A stretch of DNA of 64,000 nucleotides from Camelus ferus (lineage: Eukaryota). Both the position numbers and the translations under genes were made by a program. The number at the start of each line of letters is the position of its first letter. Position 1 is the stretch's first letter. The notes under the pieces were generated by a model. It saw only the letters and a list, made by a program, of their open reading frames with translations. It did no database searches and had not been told where the DNA came from. The DNA lies in NCBI RefSeq assembly GCF_009834535.1, contig NC_045697.1, positions 85,438,001 through 85,502,000 of the forward strand, read 5' to 3'. This document shows positions 25,689 through 38,600 of this stretch, in pieces.

Positions 25689-27010
25689 AATATATACATA
25701 CATACATATACATATATATATATACTGAATCCTTTTCATATTCTTTCCTATTATGGTTTATTATAAGATACTGAGTAAAGTTTCCTGTGTTATATAGTAG
25801 GGCCTTGTTATTCTACCATTTTATATACAGTAGTTTCTGCTAATCCTAAACTCCTAATTTATCCCTTCCCCAACCCCTTTCCCCTTTGGTAACCATAAGT
25901 TTGTTTTCTATGTCTGTGAGTCTCTTTCTGTTTCATAAATAAGTTCATTTGTGTCATATTTTAGATTCCACATATAAGTGATATCATATGGTATTTGTCT
26001 TTCTCCTTCTGACTTACTTCACTTAGTATGATAATCTCTGGGTCCATCCATGTTACTGTAATAACATTATTTCATTCTTTTTATGGCTGAGTAGTATTTC
26101 ATTGTGTGTGTGTGTGTGTATATATATATACACACACACACGCACACATACATACACACATACCACAACTTCTTTATCCAGTCATCTCTCAATGGACATT
26201 TGGGATGCTTCCATGTCTTGGCTATTATAAATAGTGCTGCTGTGAACACTGGGGTGCATGTATCTTTTCAAATTTTAGTTTTCTCCTGATATATGCCCAG
26301 GAGTGGGATTGCTGGGTCATATGGCAACTCTATTTTTAGTTATTTTAAGGAACCTCCATACTGATTTTCATAGTGGATGCACCAATTCACATTCCCACCA
26401 ACAGTGTAGGAAGGTTCCCTTTTCTCCACACCCTCTCCAGCATTTGTTATTTGTAGACTTTTTAAATGATGGTCATTCTGACCGGTGTGAGGCGATACCT
26501 CATTATAGTTTTGATTTGCATTTCTCTAATGGTTAGTGATGCTGACCATCTTTTCATGTGTCTATTAGCCATCTGTATATCTTCTTTGGAGAAATGTCTA
26601 TTTTAGGTCTTTTGCCCAATTTTTAATTGTGTTGTTGTTGTTGTTTTTGAAGTTCAGTTGCATAAGTGGTTTGTGTATTTTGGAAATTTGCCCTTGTTGG
26701 TTGCATCATTTGAAAATGTTTTCTCCCGGTCCATAGGTTGTCTATTCATTTTTTTGTTTTGTTTTGTTTTGTTTTTTGATGGTTTTCTTTGGTGTGCAAA
26801 AGCTTGTAAGTTTGATTAGGTCCCATTTGTTTCTTTTTGCTTTTGTTTCTATTGCCTTGGGAGACTGATCTAAAAAAAGTTGGTACGATTTATGTCAGAG
26901 AATGTTTTGCCTATGTTCTCTTCTAGGAGTTTTATGGTGTCATGTCTTATATGTAAGTCTTTAAGCCGCTTTGAGTTTTTTTGTGTATGGTTCGAGGGTG
27001 TGTTCTAACT
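25548..27010 (-). mobile_element. 5'-truncated LINE-1, cetartiodactyl-type 3' end, with internal (TA)n/(CA)n/(TG)n microsatellites
   Basis: ttattgaagtatagttgatttacaat 3' end; ORF2 C-terminal peptide MFTAALFIIAKTWKHPKCP (26067..26249). Confidence 0.95.
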
Positions 27011-28149
27011 CCTTTAATTCATCTTAACGTTAAATGTATATGTTTCTTTTTCTACGTAGGAGCTTAAATGAGATTCTTAACTCAGGGGGTAACATAAATT
27101 CTATGCAGTATCTAGTATTTTTTCTTACCAAAATATTTTCTCCTAAGAAATATGCTCTTGCAGAGCAATTTGGTGAAAACCCATAGAACCATAAAAACAA
27201 GTAGAACTTGCTGGGGTAATCTAGAAAGCAGAATTGTGGCTTGCACAGAACTGGCGGCTCTGGGTCAGTTTTGAATCCTGGCTCTGCCCTTCTTTTGCCA
27301 TGAGACCTTGATTAATCACCTGCAACAAGGGGGTACTTATAACTCTCTTGCCGGATGATGGAGCTCAATAAATAAACTAAGGAAAATCCTCAAGAAGTTA
27401 GTCCATGCTTAATAATATTAGAAATTTAGTCCAAAATATCCTTTTTGTTGATAATGAAAATGGGGTTTAAAGAAAAATTGATGCTATTGAGTGTTAAGGC
27501 TGGCCTAAATCCCAGACCTAACTGAACCCCGAGGAAAGTTTCCTTCTGACATCACATCACAACCATGACAAAGTAAATATACCCTTCTCTTCATGTCATA
27601 CCTTCAAGTCAAAGCTCAAATTCTCCATGATCATTGAAAACCTAAAATGTGCCTAGTCTTACATTTCCAAAGGAAAAGAGACTGTGTGGTGTGACTTCCT
27701 CTCATTTCAAAGGGACACAGCTCTCCTCACACAGTTTCTACAAATTGCGTGGGATAATGAAGCAAGTACCACAGCGGAGGGGTATGGCCTTTCTAATGAG
27801 CTGAGACAGAGATGTCCCCAAACAAATGACTCAGGGGGAGGGACACAGGAGGGACTGGCTGACTCTCAGGCCAGGGCTGTGCAAATCTATCTTCTTAGAA
27901 CGACAGTTGTACTCTGAGCAAGGGGTCCTCTTCGCACATCTGTAGTCACCCACGAGGAGTTCAGATGAAATTAGGTCTCACTTAAATTGGATTTTCTCCC
28001 AATACATTAGCATTTGTACAATCTTGCCAATGCTTGGAAACTTGCTAATTAGTAATAGGATGACTTCAATAATGGTAATAGGATGGTTAAATCATGTTTT
28101 ACTGCTGTTGAACTGACCTGTATCAAGACTATCAAGGGGTACTTCTTGT

Positions 28150-29641
28150 ATGTATGTTCAGTTTTTATTCTGGTGGGCACAGCTTGGTTGGCAAATAATC
28201 TACTACTAGAAGTTGGTATCACAATGACTTTTTCACTAATCTGAGGAAATGGAAATTTTAAAAAGTACACCAAAATGTTTCAATAAAACTGTTGTTTTTC
28301 TGATTCACTCAGTAGTGAAGTATTGGCCCAAAATGATGTATCTCTTTAATAAGTAGTAGGAAAAATAAAGCTTTAGTGAATTAAGAGAGGGACAATTCTT
28401 TCTTAAGAATTATCAAGAATTAAGTAGCCAGAGACTGAGGTTGAAAGTATTTAACTTCGTAAGGCTCTTTCCCCTTCCTACTACACAAAGCTTCAAGTAT
28501 TTCCAGAAACTGAAAAACAAAAAACTGAGCTGGAATTAAGCAGCATAACTTCTGGAAGTCGGAGCTAAATTGTCTCAGCTGTATCTCTGGATTGTTTATT
28601 CGACTGCAGTTTCAGCCAATGCTCCTGGTTTTCTTTAGATCCTAGAAGTATGGATATCCATGGATCTCACATTCCTGCTTTATCTCTCCTCACAAAGAGG
28701 ATCACCAGTTGGTCCTCGCAGAATCCTTATTAAATGGATGAACTTAATACTTTTAAATCTGCTTAAGCTTTAGACATCTGTTACGTCCCTGTATAAATTA
28801 ATTGCAATAAAATTTGGCTACATTTGTTTTCCAATTTAATTGGTTTGAGAAGTCAGAGTTATGTTTTTCATTAATAATTACTCACATGCACAGGAAGGAA
28901 AACAGATTTAGCTGCAAATCCATATATCTCTGAACTACTTCTGTTAGTATGTACGAATGTAGCAAAGACATCACCATCACATTAGGATTTTTATATTTCA
29001 TAATCTAATCCACCTACAAATGAAGTAGGCTCACAATTTCTCATCTTAAAGAAATGATTTGATTAAAGAATAGTTCCAAGTTTACCATTTTATTCAGGCT
29101 GAAATACTCATTTAGTTTAAGGAAATATATACACCTCTTCAATCCTATTTACCGGATCACGAAGACCAACAATGATGAACATAGCATCTAGTTACACTGG
29201 CTGAAGAATTAAGCCCCTATAAAAATAATGGGAGCAAATATTAAAGTTTTAAAGCTGCAGAAAATTTCCCCCCAAGGGGAAATTTTTAAATATTTAAATC
29301 AACATGCAATATCATTGCACCCCCAAGTGGAAGTGCTGATATCATGAAATCATCCCTGTAAATCCAGCAGCGAGGTGCGGAGGAAAGCTTGGGGGAGCGG
29401 CGCAGAATCCGTCGGCAAACCTCACTGGGAGGAAACTGGGAGCTGTGACGGCTGTAGAGTCCGGCTCCCCGGACCTGGTCAGCACCTCGGCCGTAGCGGC
29501 CGCGGCCGCGGCCGCATCCGTGCCAGAGGGGACCCTCAGCGCGCCCCAGGAGCGCAGCAGCCGACCGGCAGCGGCGCAGACACGGCCGCGGCAGAGCGGA
29601 GGGAGTGGGGGGGCCCGCGCGCTCCTCCGCTGTGTGCGCGT
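28150..29641 (-). other. TNIP3: TNIP3 3' UTR (distal end uncertain)
   Basis: Follows the stop codon. Minus-strand AATAAA at 29089-29094, 28595-28600 and 28164-28169; ATTAAA at 28345-28350. Confidence 0.6.
29370..29641. promoter_or_regulatory. CpG island in proximal TNIP3 3' UTR
   Basis: About 270 bp, very GC- and CpG-dense, in an AT-rich context. Scattered CpGs persist to about 30210. Confidence 0.8.
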
Positions 29642-29670
29642 CTACTGGTTGACTTTCTTTTCTGAGAAAC
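29642..29670 (-). CDS. TNIP3: TNIP3 terminal coding segment (G)FSEKKVNQ-stop
   Basis: ctgtttctcatag| acceptor. The first GT completes the phase-1 Gly codon; TAG is at 29644-29642. Resembles the human C-terminus GLSSVKKVHP as recalled. Confidence 0.88.
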
Positions 29671-32600
29671 CTATGAGAAACAGCAGGAAAATGTTTCAGA
29701 TTCAAAATTAAAAATTCATCTCTCTTCTTCTGGCTGAAGGCTAACAAACTTCGAGGTTGGCCAGAAAAAGAAGTGTTTTATTCATGAGCCCCTACGAGTT
29801 TGCCCTGAGAAATCAGGCGGCGGCAAACGGAGGGTTATTCTTTTCGGCACTGACATACGCTCACCATTTGGTGAGCTCACCTGAGGCCTAGTTCTAACCA
29901 TGCCCGAAGAGGAATAGTCTATTCTCATTCTCGCTGGCATTTGGTGGCTTGTATTTGCTTATGAAAGTAAGTCACATGTGTTACTATTCGGTTCAGTACT
30001 CACCCCAGAGAGAGAACCGCCAAATAAATTAGCTTAAAAACCCATAGAAAAGATCACAGTTCTTAAGGTGTGATAGTGTATCACGAAAACCGATACCGAA
30101 AATTTGGAATATTTTCGTAGGACCAGGACAGACTGCCACAAATAGAACCACAGAAAAGACAAACTCGATGAAGTCTACTTATGGTAACAGGAAAAAAAAA
30201 TCATGTTATCGCCAAGAAATAGGGTGTTTTCCTTATTCATGGTAACAATTTAGTGTATCTTAAATGTTTTATACTTGCTGTTCTGCATTTGGTATTTAAA
30301 AGACATGCTAAACCAACATTTTAGTAATAGGAAGATAAGAAGTTACTTTTCCAGGCTTAAAAAATATTCTTCTAAGAACTGTGGCCATTACATTAAAAAA
30401 AAAAAATCAACTGGAAACCATAAAACTCCTAGAAGAAACATAGGCAGAACTTCTTTGATATACATCGTAGCAATATTGTGTCCATTTTTCTGATCTAGGC
30501 CCTCCCTATCTATTTGTCTATCTACCTGTATCTATCCATACAGACTGCTAATTAGAATGTTTTGTCTTTGCTTATGAAATCAGTGTTTTAATAGGAATAT
30601 ATTTACCATCTGTATTTTCATATGTTGCTGTACATGTAAATATGCTTTTGCACTGTATTTAATAGTCCCTTAGCAAAATCACTTAGTTTACTGCTAAGCT
30701 GACCTTTAGAGCATTAAAGGTGAGGTGTCATTTCTCCTGGAATTCTTTTCTAACAATCTAGAAACAGGCATAGATTTATCTTCCTTTAAGTTTCATTAAT
30801 CTTCTCTATTAACCACTGGCGAGATAATTAAGAAAGGAACGTATTTTACAAAAGAAAAATATTATTGATATTTTATCCATCTGTATTGAAAATTCTGCAA
30901 AGCATAGTCTCTAAGTTTCTTCTCTTACATTTCTTAAGTAGTTTTTACTATTTACACTGGTTCCCTTATCTCTTCATACTATTAGAGGCTGGAAAAAAAT
31001 CCAACAAATCGAAGCTATTTACTGTTGTAAAGTCATCTGTAATGTTTAGATATAGACAGTTATAAAGAGAAACAAAGTGAGAAATAAAGATTCTGGCTTT
31101 CAGGACAGGACCATCAGAATTTATTTAAATAATATATGTGCAAAATACAACACTATTATATTTTACTTAATGTAGAGCATGGGGTGGTCCAAATTGCTTC
31201 GTGGTTATAATGTGGGCTTTGGAGTTAGGCTGCACGGGCTTGTCTGTGTCAGCTAACAACTAGCCAGGTGGGGTTAGACAAATTACCTTATTTCTTTGCT
31301 CCTCAGTCTCCACAATTTAAAAAGCAGGGACAGGAGCAGTCCTCGTTTCACAAGGTCGCTATGAGGGTTTTGATGAGATGATAAGTATAAAACACCTAAA
31401 ATACAGTTCCTGGCATAGCTAGTGTTATGGGGTAAATTGTGTCCCCCCAAAAGATGTGCTTAAGTCCTTGCCCCTGGTACCTGTGACTGTGCCCTTATTT
31501 GGGAATGGGGACTTTGCAGACATAAGCAGGTTAATACGAGGTTATACTGGATTAGCCTAATCCAATAGCACTGGTGTCCTTATAAGAAGAGGAAAATTTA
31601 AACACAGACAAGGAGGGAAGACAGGCATGTGAAGACAGAGGCAGAGACTGGAGTTCTGCTGTCACAGCCAAGGCCATCTGGGGCTACTAGAGGCTGAAAG
31701 AGGCAAGAAAGGACACTCCTCTGGAGGCTCGGAAGGGGGCGTAACACTGCCAACCCTTGATTTTGGACTTCTGGCCTCCAGAGCTGTGAGAACATAAATT
31801 TTTGCTGTTTTAAGCCACCTAGTTTGTGGAACTTTGTTATGGTAATGAGTTCAGTCAGTATTCAGTTAATGAGTTATTACTAGACATTGGTAAAGGCCAA
31901 TTATAGTGGTTGGGCTTTGATCTCTGTATTGTAAAGAAATAATTGTGTTTGCTCACAACACAGTCTCACATCCCCAAATTTCGTGCCTCTCCAACTATGT
32001 AAGAGTTGAGCTCCACCTCATTAGACAGAGTTCAACTCGGCACCATATGGAAATTTTGGAAGGTCCAGAAGTGACTGGCGTACAACACAGGCAGAACAAC
32101 ACAGCCTTCTGACGTTCCACAAACGAGGAAATAAACAAGCTGTTTTCAAGGTTATGCTGACTCTATTGTGCCATAATTGTTCCGGAAACATGGAAGTCAT
32201 TTGGCATCCCATTCTGATAACAGATAAAATGAGATTAAAATGTTCTTTGTAAAATCATAGGTTTAAACAGAAACTGGAACCCAGTGTGGGAAAATGCCAT
32301 TATTTAATGCTATGAACAGGGAAAGCCAAGTAAGTCTCAAATAATTCGAAAACCTTTATTTAGATCTTTAGTTCCTGAAAGAAGATTTGATTTCAGTGTG
32401 TCGCCAAGGTACTCTAAAAGAACCACAGATGTAACTGAGAGCAAGGCTGGGAATTAGTTGACCTGAAGACTGTTCGATGTGGTACTCTGTACCTACCGAC
32501 CTAAATCCTGGGCCAGGGAGGACCCTGCTCTGGCCTCCTCCAGCCAGAATCCCCCCCCCCCCCACAGTGTGTCTGCCTTCCTTTAGCACGAGCCTGTGGC

Positions 32601-35600
32601 TCCTCCACTCAGACCCCCAAATTCTCTGCCGAGTGACCCTGGGTCTGCTTCCAGGCCCCATGTGGTCCTCTTCCCTAGGCCCGAAGCCAAGGAGTGCTGT
32701 TTATGAGGTGCTGAGGGCGATATGGGTCAAGTTGTGATGTGCTGTCTGGACTGTCCTCAAATTCACCTTCAAGACCCCTCAGAGAGGGAGGGTGGGAGGA
32801 GAAGGTGGTGGACAATGGCTCTGGTCTCCTGGTGCCACTGGGTCCTGGCAGAGCTGGCTGGACTCTGAGCAGTCCGAATTTGACTCTGGCCTGCCAGGAT
32901 ATTTATCAATAGGAGGACAGACTATACTTCAATAGCTTCTAAGCTTGAGCCATAACATTTAAATATTTATACATAAAGTATGCAATTCTCCTTGCATTCT
33001 TGCCCCAGACCCTGGCAGTGTTACAGGAGGATCTAGTGCTATCAGAGAAATTCGCCCATGACGCACCCACTGTATCTTCTAACAATCACAAGGCTACCAC
33101 TCTATAAATATTCTATGTATAGACATAAGAGCCACTATTTCAGTTTAAATTATAAAAAAAGGAATAATTGCAAAAAAAAAAGATACTAGGATAAAGTACC
33201 TATATATACCTACATATATTGGGGTCAGAAAAATAAATTTGTCAGGAGTCATAGGAAATTAATAAAAACCAAGAACTAAGACAATCTATAAAGTACACTA
33301 ATTGATGTTAACTTAAATATCCACATTTTTGAAAGGATCCTTTTCATTTAAATATAAATAACATATTTTAAGTCTTTATTATCTGAATACAATGTATAGT
33401 GGTTTTAAGAAATAGTTTCTTTGTATAGATGATCAGAAACAGAGTCTAATTTTTTCACTCATTTTTCTTTCCATTGCTTGATTTTTGGTATTTCTAGCCC
33501 AAAACACAGACTATACTGATCATTTGTGTATGTATTCTTGAATAGTGCAGAATAAAAATATTAGTCATATAATAAGACAACAAAAAGATCTGTATCATAA
33601 AAAGATTTTTAAACCCACATTTGTTTAACAATCAATACCTCAAAATTCTTTTTTAGAATTTGGAGCAATTAGGTTGGACTTACAAATCAAAAGGAGCTTT
33701 CCGATTAAATGAAACAAAAAATAACAAGAATCAGTACGAAATTAAATGATGGCACGTGCGATGTTGGTGACAAGGGTGATTTCAGAGCGTCTGACAATTC
33801 TCATGACCTAGCCTGAGCTTTGAGATAGTGTCAGCTTTGGGAGCTGGAAGAGGAGCGACAGGGATCCCGAGCAGGTAGATTTTTAAGGAAGGGATTTCTT
33901 TTTATGGTGGTCCCCTCGCCATGATCAGCCCTCCTCACCTGCTGCAGACAAGCCACAGGCAAGTGCAGGGAGGGACAAATTTTGGACAGTAACATACCTT
34001 TTCAATTTCCACCAGGGATGCCCAAGCAAGATCCAGGTCATAACACATTTATTATGCACTTACTCTTACATAGTACCAGCTACATAGTTCTTTTACCTGT
34101 GATATCTGAAATGTCAAATGAGAAGCACTGGTAATATATGCTGTGAGTTCTTAGGAAGAAGAGATCATTGAGCATTAGATACTAGCTGTATAATTAACCA
34201 AGTTAAGGCCCCCAGGCTTATTTTTATATGTATTATTTTAGAAATTTTTAATATGGTGAGAGAGGTTGATTTTCAAGGGCACTACAGGATGTGATTCAAA
34301 GCACAGGTTTTGAAGTCTTATACACCTGGAATCTAAGCCCAGGGCTCAGTCTTCTTAACTCCTAATTTCCTAATTTAAAAACTTCCTAACTTCCTAATTT
34401 AGAGATGCTACTTAAATTCTCCAAGCCTCAGTTTCTTCATCTGTAAAATGGTGTAATAATAAAACCTACTTGATAGCATTGTTGTGAAGATTAAAACAAT
34501 GTTTTAAAAAATACTTAAGTTCCTACATAATAAGGGTTTATGTTTTATTATAATTTTATGTCTGTAGACACTGATACAAAGCATGTTTATACATCACAAA
34601 GCTCTTCTATTTCTTCCCAAGTAGACAAGAATCGGTAGGTCTCACACATTGACTATAAAATTATATTTCTGCATATTATTTAGTTTCTGAAGGTCATCAC
34701 AATTCATTTCTATTTTATATAATCATTAGCTTCTATTACATTGGTCCAGGAAGAATCCAGTAGTGATATATAAATGGCTTTAAGAGATTATTGAAGTCTC
34801 TACTGGGTAATTGTACTTTTTACTGATTAAACTTCAATTCAGGAGGAAATATTTTTAATATTCATCCCAGACCAATGTAATATAAAATGGAAAATTATAA
34901 TCAGGTGAAACTCAGCTGTTAGACAACAATGGATTTCAAAAACACAGGCATTATGCAGCAGTCATTATGGTTAACAGTATGCCTTTCTATTAAAAGCTCT
35001 CTCTTATGACTGGAACCCCAAAATGTCATTAAAACCAATGGTTATAGTTGTAATAGAAAGAAAAGAAAAAAGAAAGTGCTACAGTTTTCTGATAAATAGG
35101 TATACATTTTCTTATAAAGTTCTCACTTTTTATCTTTCTTCTCCATAATGCTACTGTAAGCTATGGCCTTTGCCACTCCCCATGGTTCTCTGTACAGCTG
35201 TCCAGGTTGTGTACTGCACAACTCTAGGAGGCTCTGTTTACATAAACTACCATGAAGGACCCTTTGGACTTGTGAAGTTCACAACCTGCAAAGCTACAAG
35301 TGGTATCTGTGGCTCCCTACTTCCACTCCATAATGGACCCCTTGCATTAAAAACCAGAATTCTGTGATCTCAGATCTGAAGTAAATGAGATTACATTTTA
35401 AGTATATGGCCTGAAATTGGAATATGGCTCATCTTCAGCTTTTCTCGATAGATTCCAATCTCTGGAAATGAACAGCCTAGAATCACAGGCATGTGTCACA
35501 TGGATTTTAAACATGTGGCAGACAATGCCGACTTTTGACTATACGTGATGAGACTACAAGTGGGATTATGATCATAGCCCAGTTTACATAGCACACTCCT

Positions 35601-38600
35601 GGGTGGCCTCGTGAGACCACAGAAACAAGCGGTAGAAAGGATAGCACATTCTGGAAAGAGAGAGGAGAATGTTAAACCAAAGAAAAATAAGACAGAAGAG
35701 TACTCTTAGTTGTGAGTACCTTGTAGGTGACTTTTTAGTTCTTCCCATAGTACTTCGAGGTGGGTATTGTGGGCAACTCTGGCCTAAATGTGGAGTCTGA
35801 CATTTAGTCATTATGGAACACAGATCTGAGCCTTGGGTTTCCTCTGTCTGTCTGCCAGTGACATTTAAAACATCTGTCTAGCAAACCCAATCTGGAATAG
35901 TGGCAGCGCATGTGTCCTTTGTAGGAGAATTTCAGAGCTTTGTTGTTGTTGTTACAGTATGGCTCTGCTGGCAGTTCTCATGTCGAACCCCAGATGGAAT
36001 ACTGACTCTGAGACCGCCATAGGAGCAGAAGCCAGAACTGAGATCCACGCATGTCTGCATTCCAACATTCTCTTTTCCTAGAGGAGTGCAGTTTCACCCC
36101 AGGTGCATCACATTAGAGTTGTGTATGCAGCATAGCTTTAGAGTAGGTACTCCCAGAGAATGAATGGATGTTGAGTAAACATCCCCCCAAAGATCCCATT
36201 GAAATGTAAACATGAAAGAATGCTCACTACAGCTGTGGTCTTACCATTTGCCTTGTGCTGCGCATCTGGCGGAAACTGGTCAGGAGCATACCACTGATAG
36301 TCCGGCTGTGTGGGACAATAAAACGTTACTGTAGCAGGGTGGGCTTCCAGCAAAACAGAGTGGCACGTTAAAAATATAACCAAAATGTGTGGCTTTTGTT
36401 ACATGGGCAACACAGTAGTAGTTTCTATCAAAACCTGTTGCCAGTCTTGCTCACCTCTCTTACCTCCCTCATCGTTACTACCATCTCCCTCCTCCCCTCC
36501 TAAATCCACTCTGTGTTTGGCCAGAATTTCTTCTTCTTCGGGACTGTGGCTTTTTTGGGAAACAGATGTGTTTGCGATATGTGCAGAAGTATAAACACTC
36601 TTGTAAAACTTACTATGGCCCATAAATAAAACAAAACAATTTACCAGCAACAAAGACTCTTTTTAAAAGCCTCACCCAGGAGGAAACAGGAAGACCCAGG
36701 CAAAAATTTACACGTTTCATGTTTTTTGTGGTGGTTCAAGGAAGAAATCTAAGCCATTATGTGAGGACACAGCTAACAGAGGCTCAGGATGTTAAAGTGA
36801 AGAAAATCTGTTCCTCTGCAGACTACTCTAAACTGCTCAGATAATTCAGACTAGAGAGGCAGCCAGAAGAGCGGGCAGACCTGGAGTCTTCTCCTGGGAT
36901 TTTCTCCTAGATTTACACCAGTTAAGAACTGTGAGATATTGAACATCAAGAAACATGTAAAATGAACTGCATTGAACAAATCATAAGCTATAGACTTGAA
37001 TTTCAAAACAGAGTTCCAAGGTCAGAATCTTTGTATTAAACTACTTGGAACAGAGCAACTTCAGCTTTACCTGCCCAGGAGGTGGGAAGGTCTTCCTGTC
37101 TTCCTGCTCCCCGTCCTCTGGCTTACACCTGCCTCCTACCTCTCCCCAAGACACAGAGAATTCAGACCTTTTGTTCTGTTATTCAATCACCTCCTGAAAA
37201 TAACTCAGGAAAAATTTCTCCAGCAATGAGCCAATCGAGAACATTTTACAGGACTGCCAGACCACAGAAAGTAGCCCAACAGTTCAGTTGTCTGACAAGA
37301 CACTAAGAAATGCTGCATTTATACAGTCTGACCCCACTGGACCCTCACTCAGACACCTAGGCTCTTAGCTGTTTTTGGTGCATGAAAAAACGCAAAGAGG
37401 AAGTGCGATCACTTCTGTTTTTCATCTTCTCGTTTATTTTTAGATGTCTCAAATAACACATAGGATAAGTGACGTGAGCTTCAGTTTTCTATTCCAGGAC
37501 AGTTGCCAAAAGAAGGTGAATATACCACAATTTTGCAAACACCATCACATGTGCTTTAATACAGCCTTAGAAATAAGCATGAAACATGAAATATGCTTTT
37601 AAAGTGAACTCTGGGAGTTTCTGTAAATTCTATCATCATACTGAACTGAATACTGCCTGAAAATGTAGCCATTATAAATGGTTTAAAATCTTTTCCAATA
37701 CAGACCTTTATTTGGTGACAATTTTATGTGATCTGGACTGTTTTGTCTCTTATAACTGATAGAAAAATTTGTTGAGCTTTTATAGCAGGTGAGTTTCTGC
37801 CTTCTTTCCACAAATGAAGATTTGAAGAAAACAGTCATTTTTGCTTCTAGATAAACTTGAATGACTCATTGGTTTTATAGTTAAGCTTTCACAAGAATAT
37901 TTCCCCAATTCTCCAACCTGTGCTAACTCCTTAGTAAACTTCTCTCTTTTTATGTTTCCCACAATATAAATTTACTTCTACATTCTGAAAAAAAAAAAAA
38001 AAAAAGTCTAAGGAATGAGTCCTGCATTTGGAGATTCCCAGAAATGTTTCTAGTGCAGAGTAAAAATTAAGCAAACAGATAAAGAAGAAAAGGAAATGGA
38101 GGAGGGAGAGCAGACAGAAGTAGCAACCAGAACAACATGACAAGAACCAAACTCTCAGCTGTGCGCCGTGTCACACCAGGGTCAAATAAGAGATGCTCAT
38201 TAAACTCCAAAATCCTTCCGCCACCCAAAGAGTCATTATCTCCTCCCTTGGGAAAGCCCTCCCTTGGGCTTTGAGTCACACTCAAATGCAAAAGTATGAA
38301 AAGTTTCAGGCAAACGAGAACCATGCACGCTAGCTAAGTGCTCTTCTCGGAAAATCCCTAGTTAAAATCCCAGATCCTTTGCATAATTAGAAACACAGCT
38401 AATAGCAACTAAGGAGGAGGGGGTTGTCTGAGCTAATCCAAAATGCAGGAAAATGCATAATTTACTTCGTGCCTAAAGAGTCTGTGTAGGCAAATTAGGA
38501 AGTCGGGACAAGTACCCAGACCATGGGGAGGGCGGGTGGAACGCTGCTACTGAGAAGGAAGGGGAGGGTGCTGAGTCTGACTTATTCGGTTTGATTGTCC

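Noticed and set aside
25625..26162. Compound TA/CA/TG arrays as a structured repeat locus
   Set aside because: Ordinary microsatellite expansions at positions typical for this L1 3' UTR; nothing CRISPR-like.
29536..29670. 44-aa alternative C-terminus if the 61-nt exon is skipped
   Set aside because: A purely computational consequence of the GC-rich UTR, with no evidence for skipping.
29286..29747. Overlapping ORFs over the CpG island (153 aa minus; 96 and 88 aa plus) as a new gene or NDNF exon 1
   Set aside because: The region is the TNIP3 terminal exon and UTR. GC-rich DNA lacks stops, the starts are non-ATG, I see no homology, and no NDNF coding exon follows in the window.
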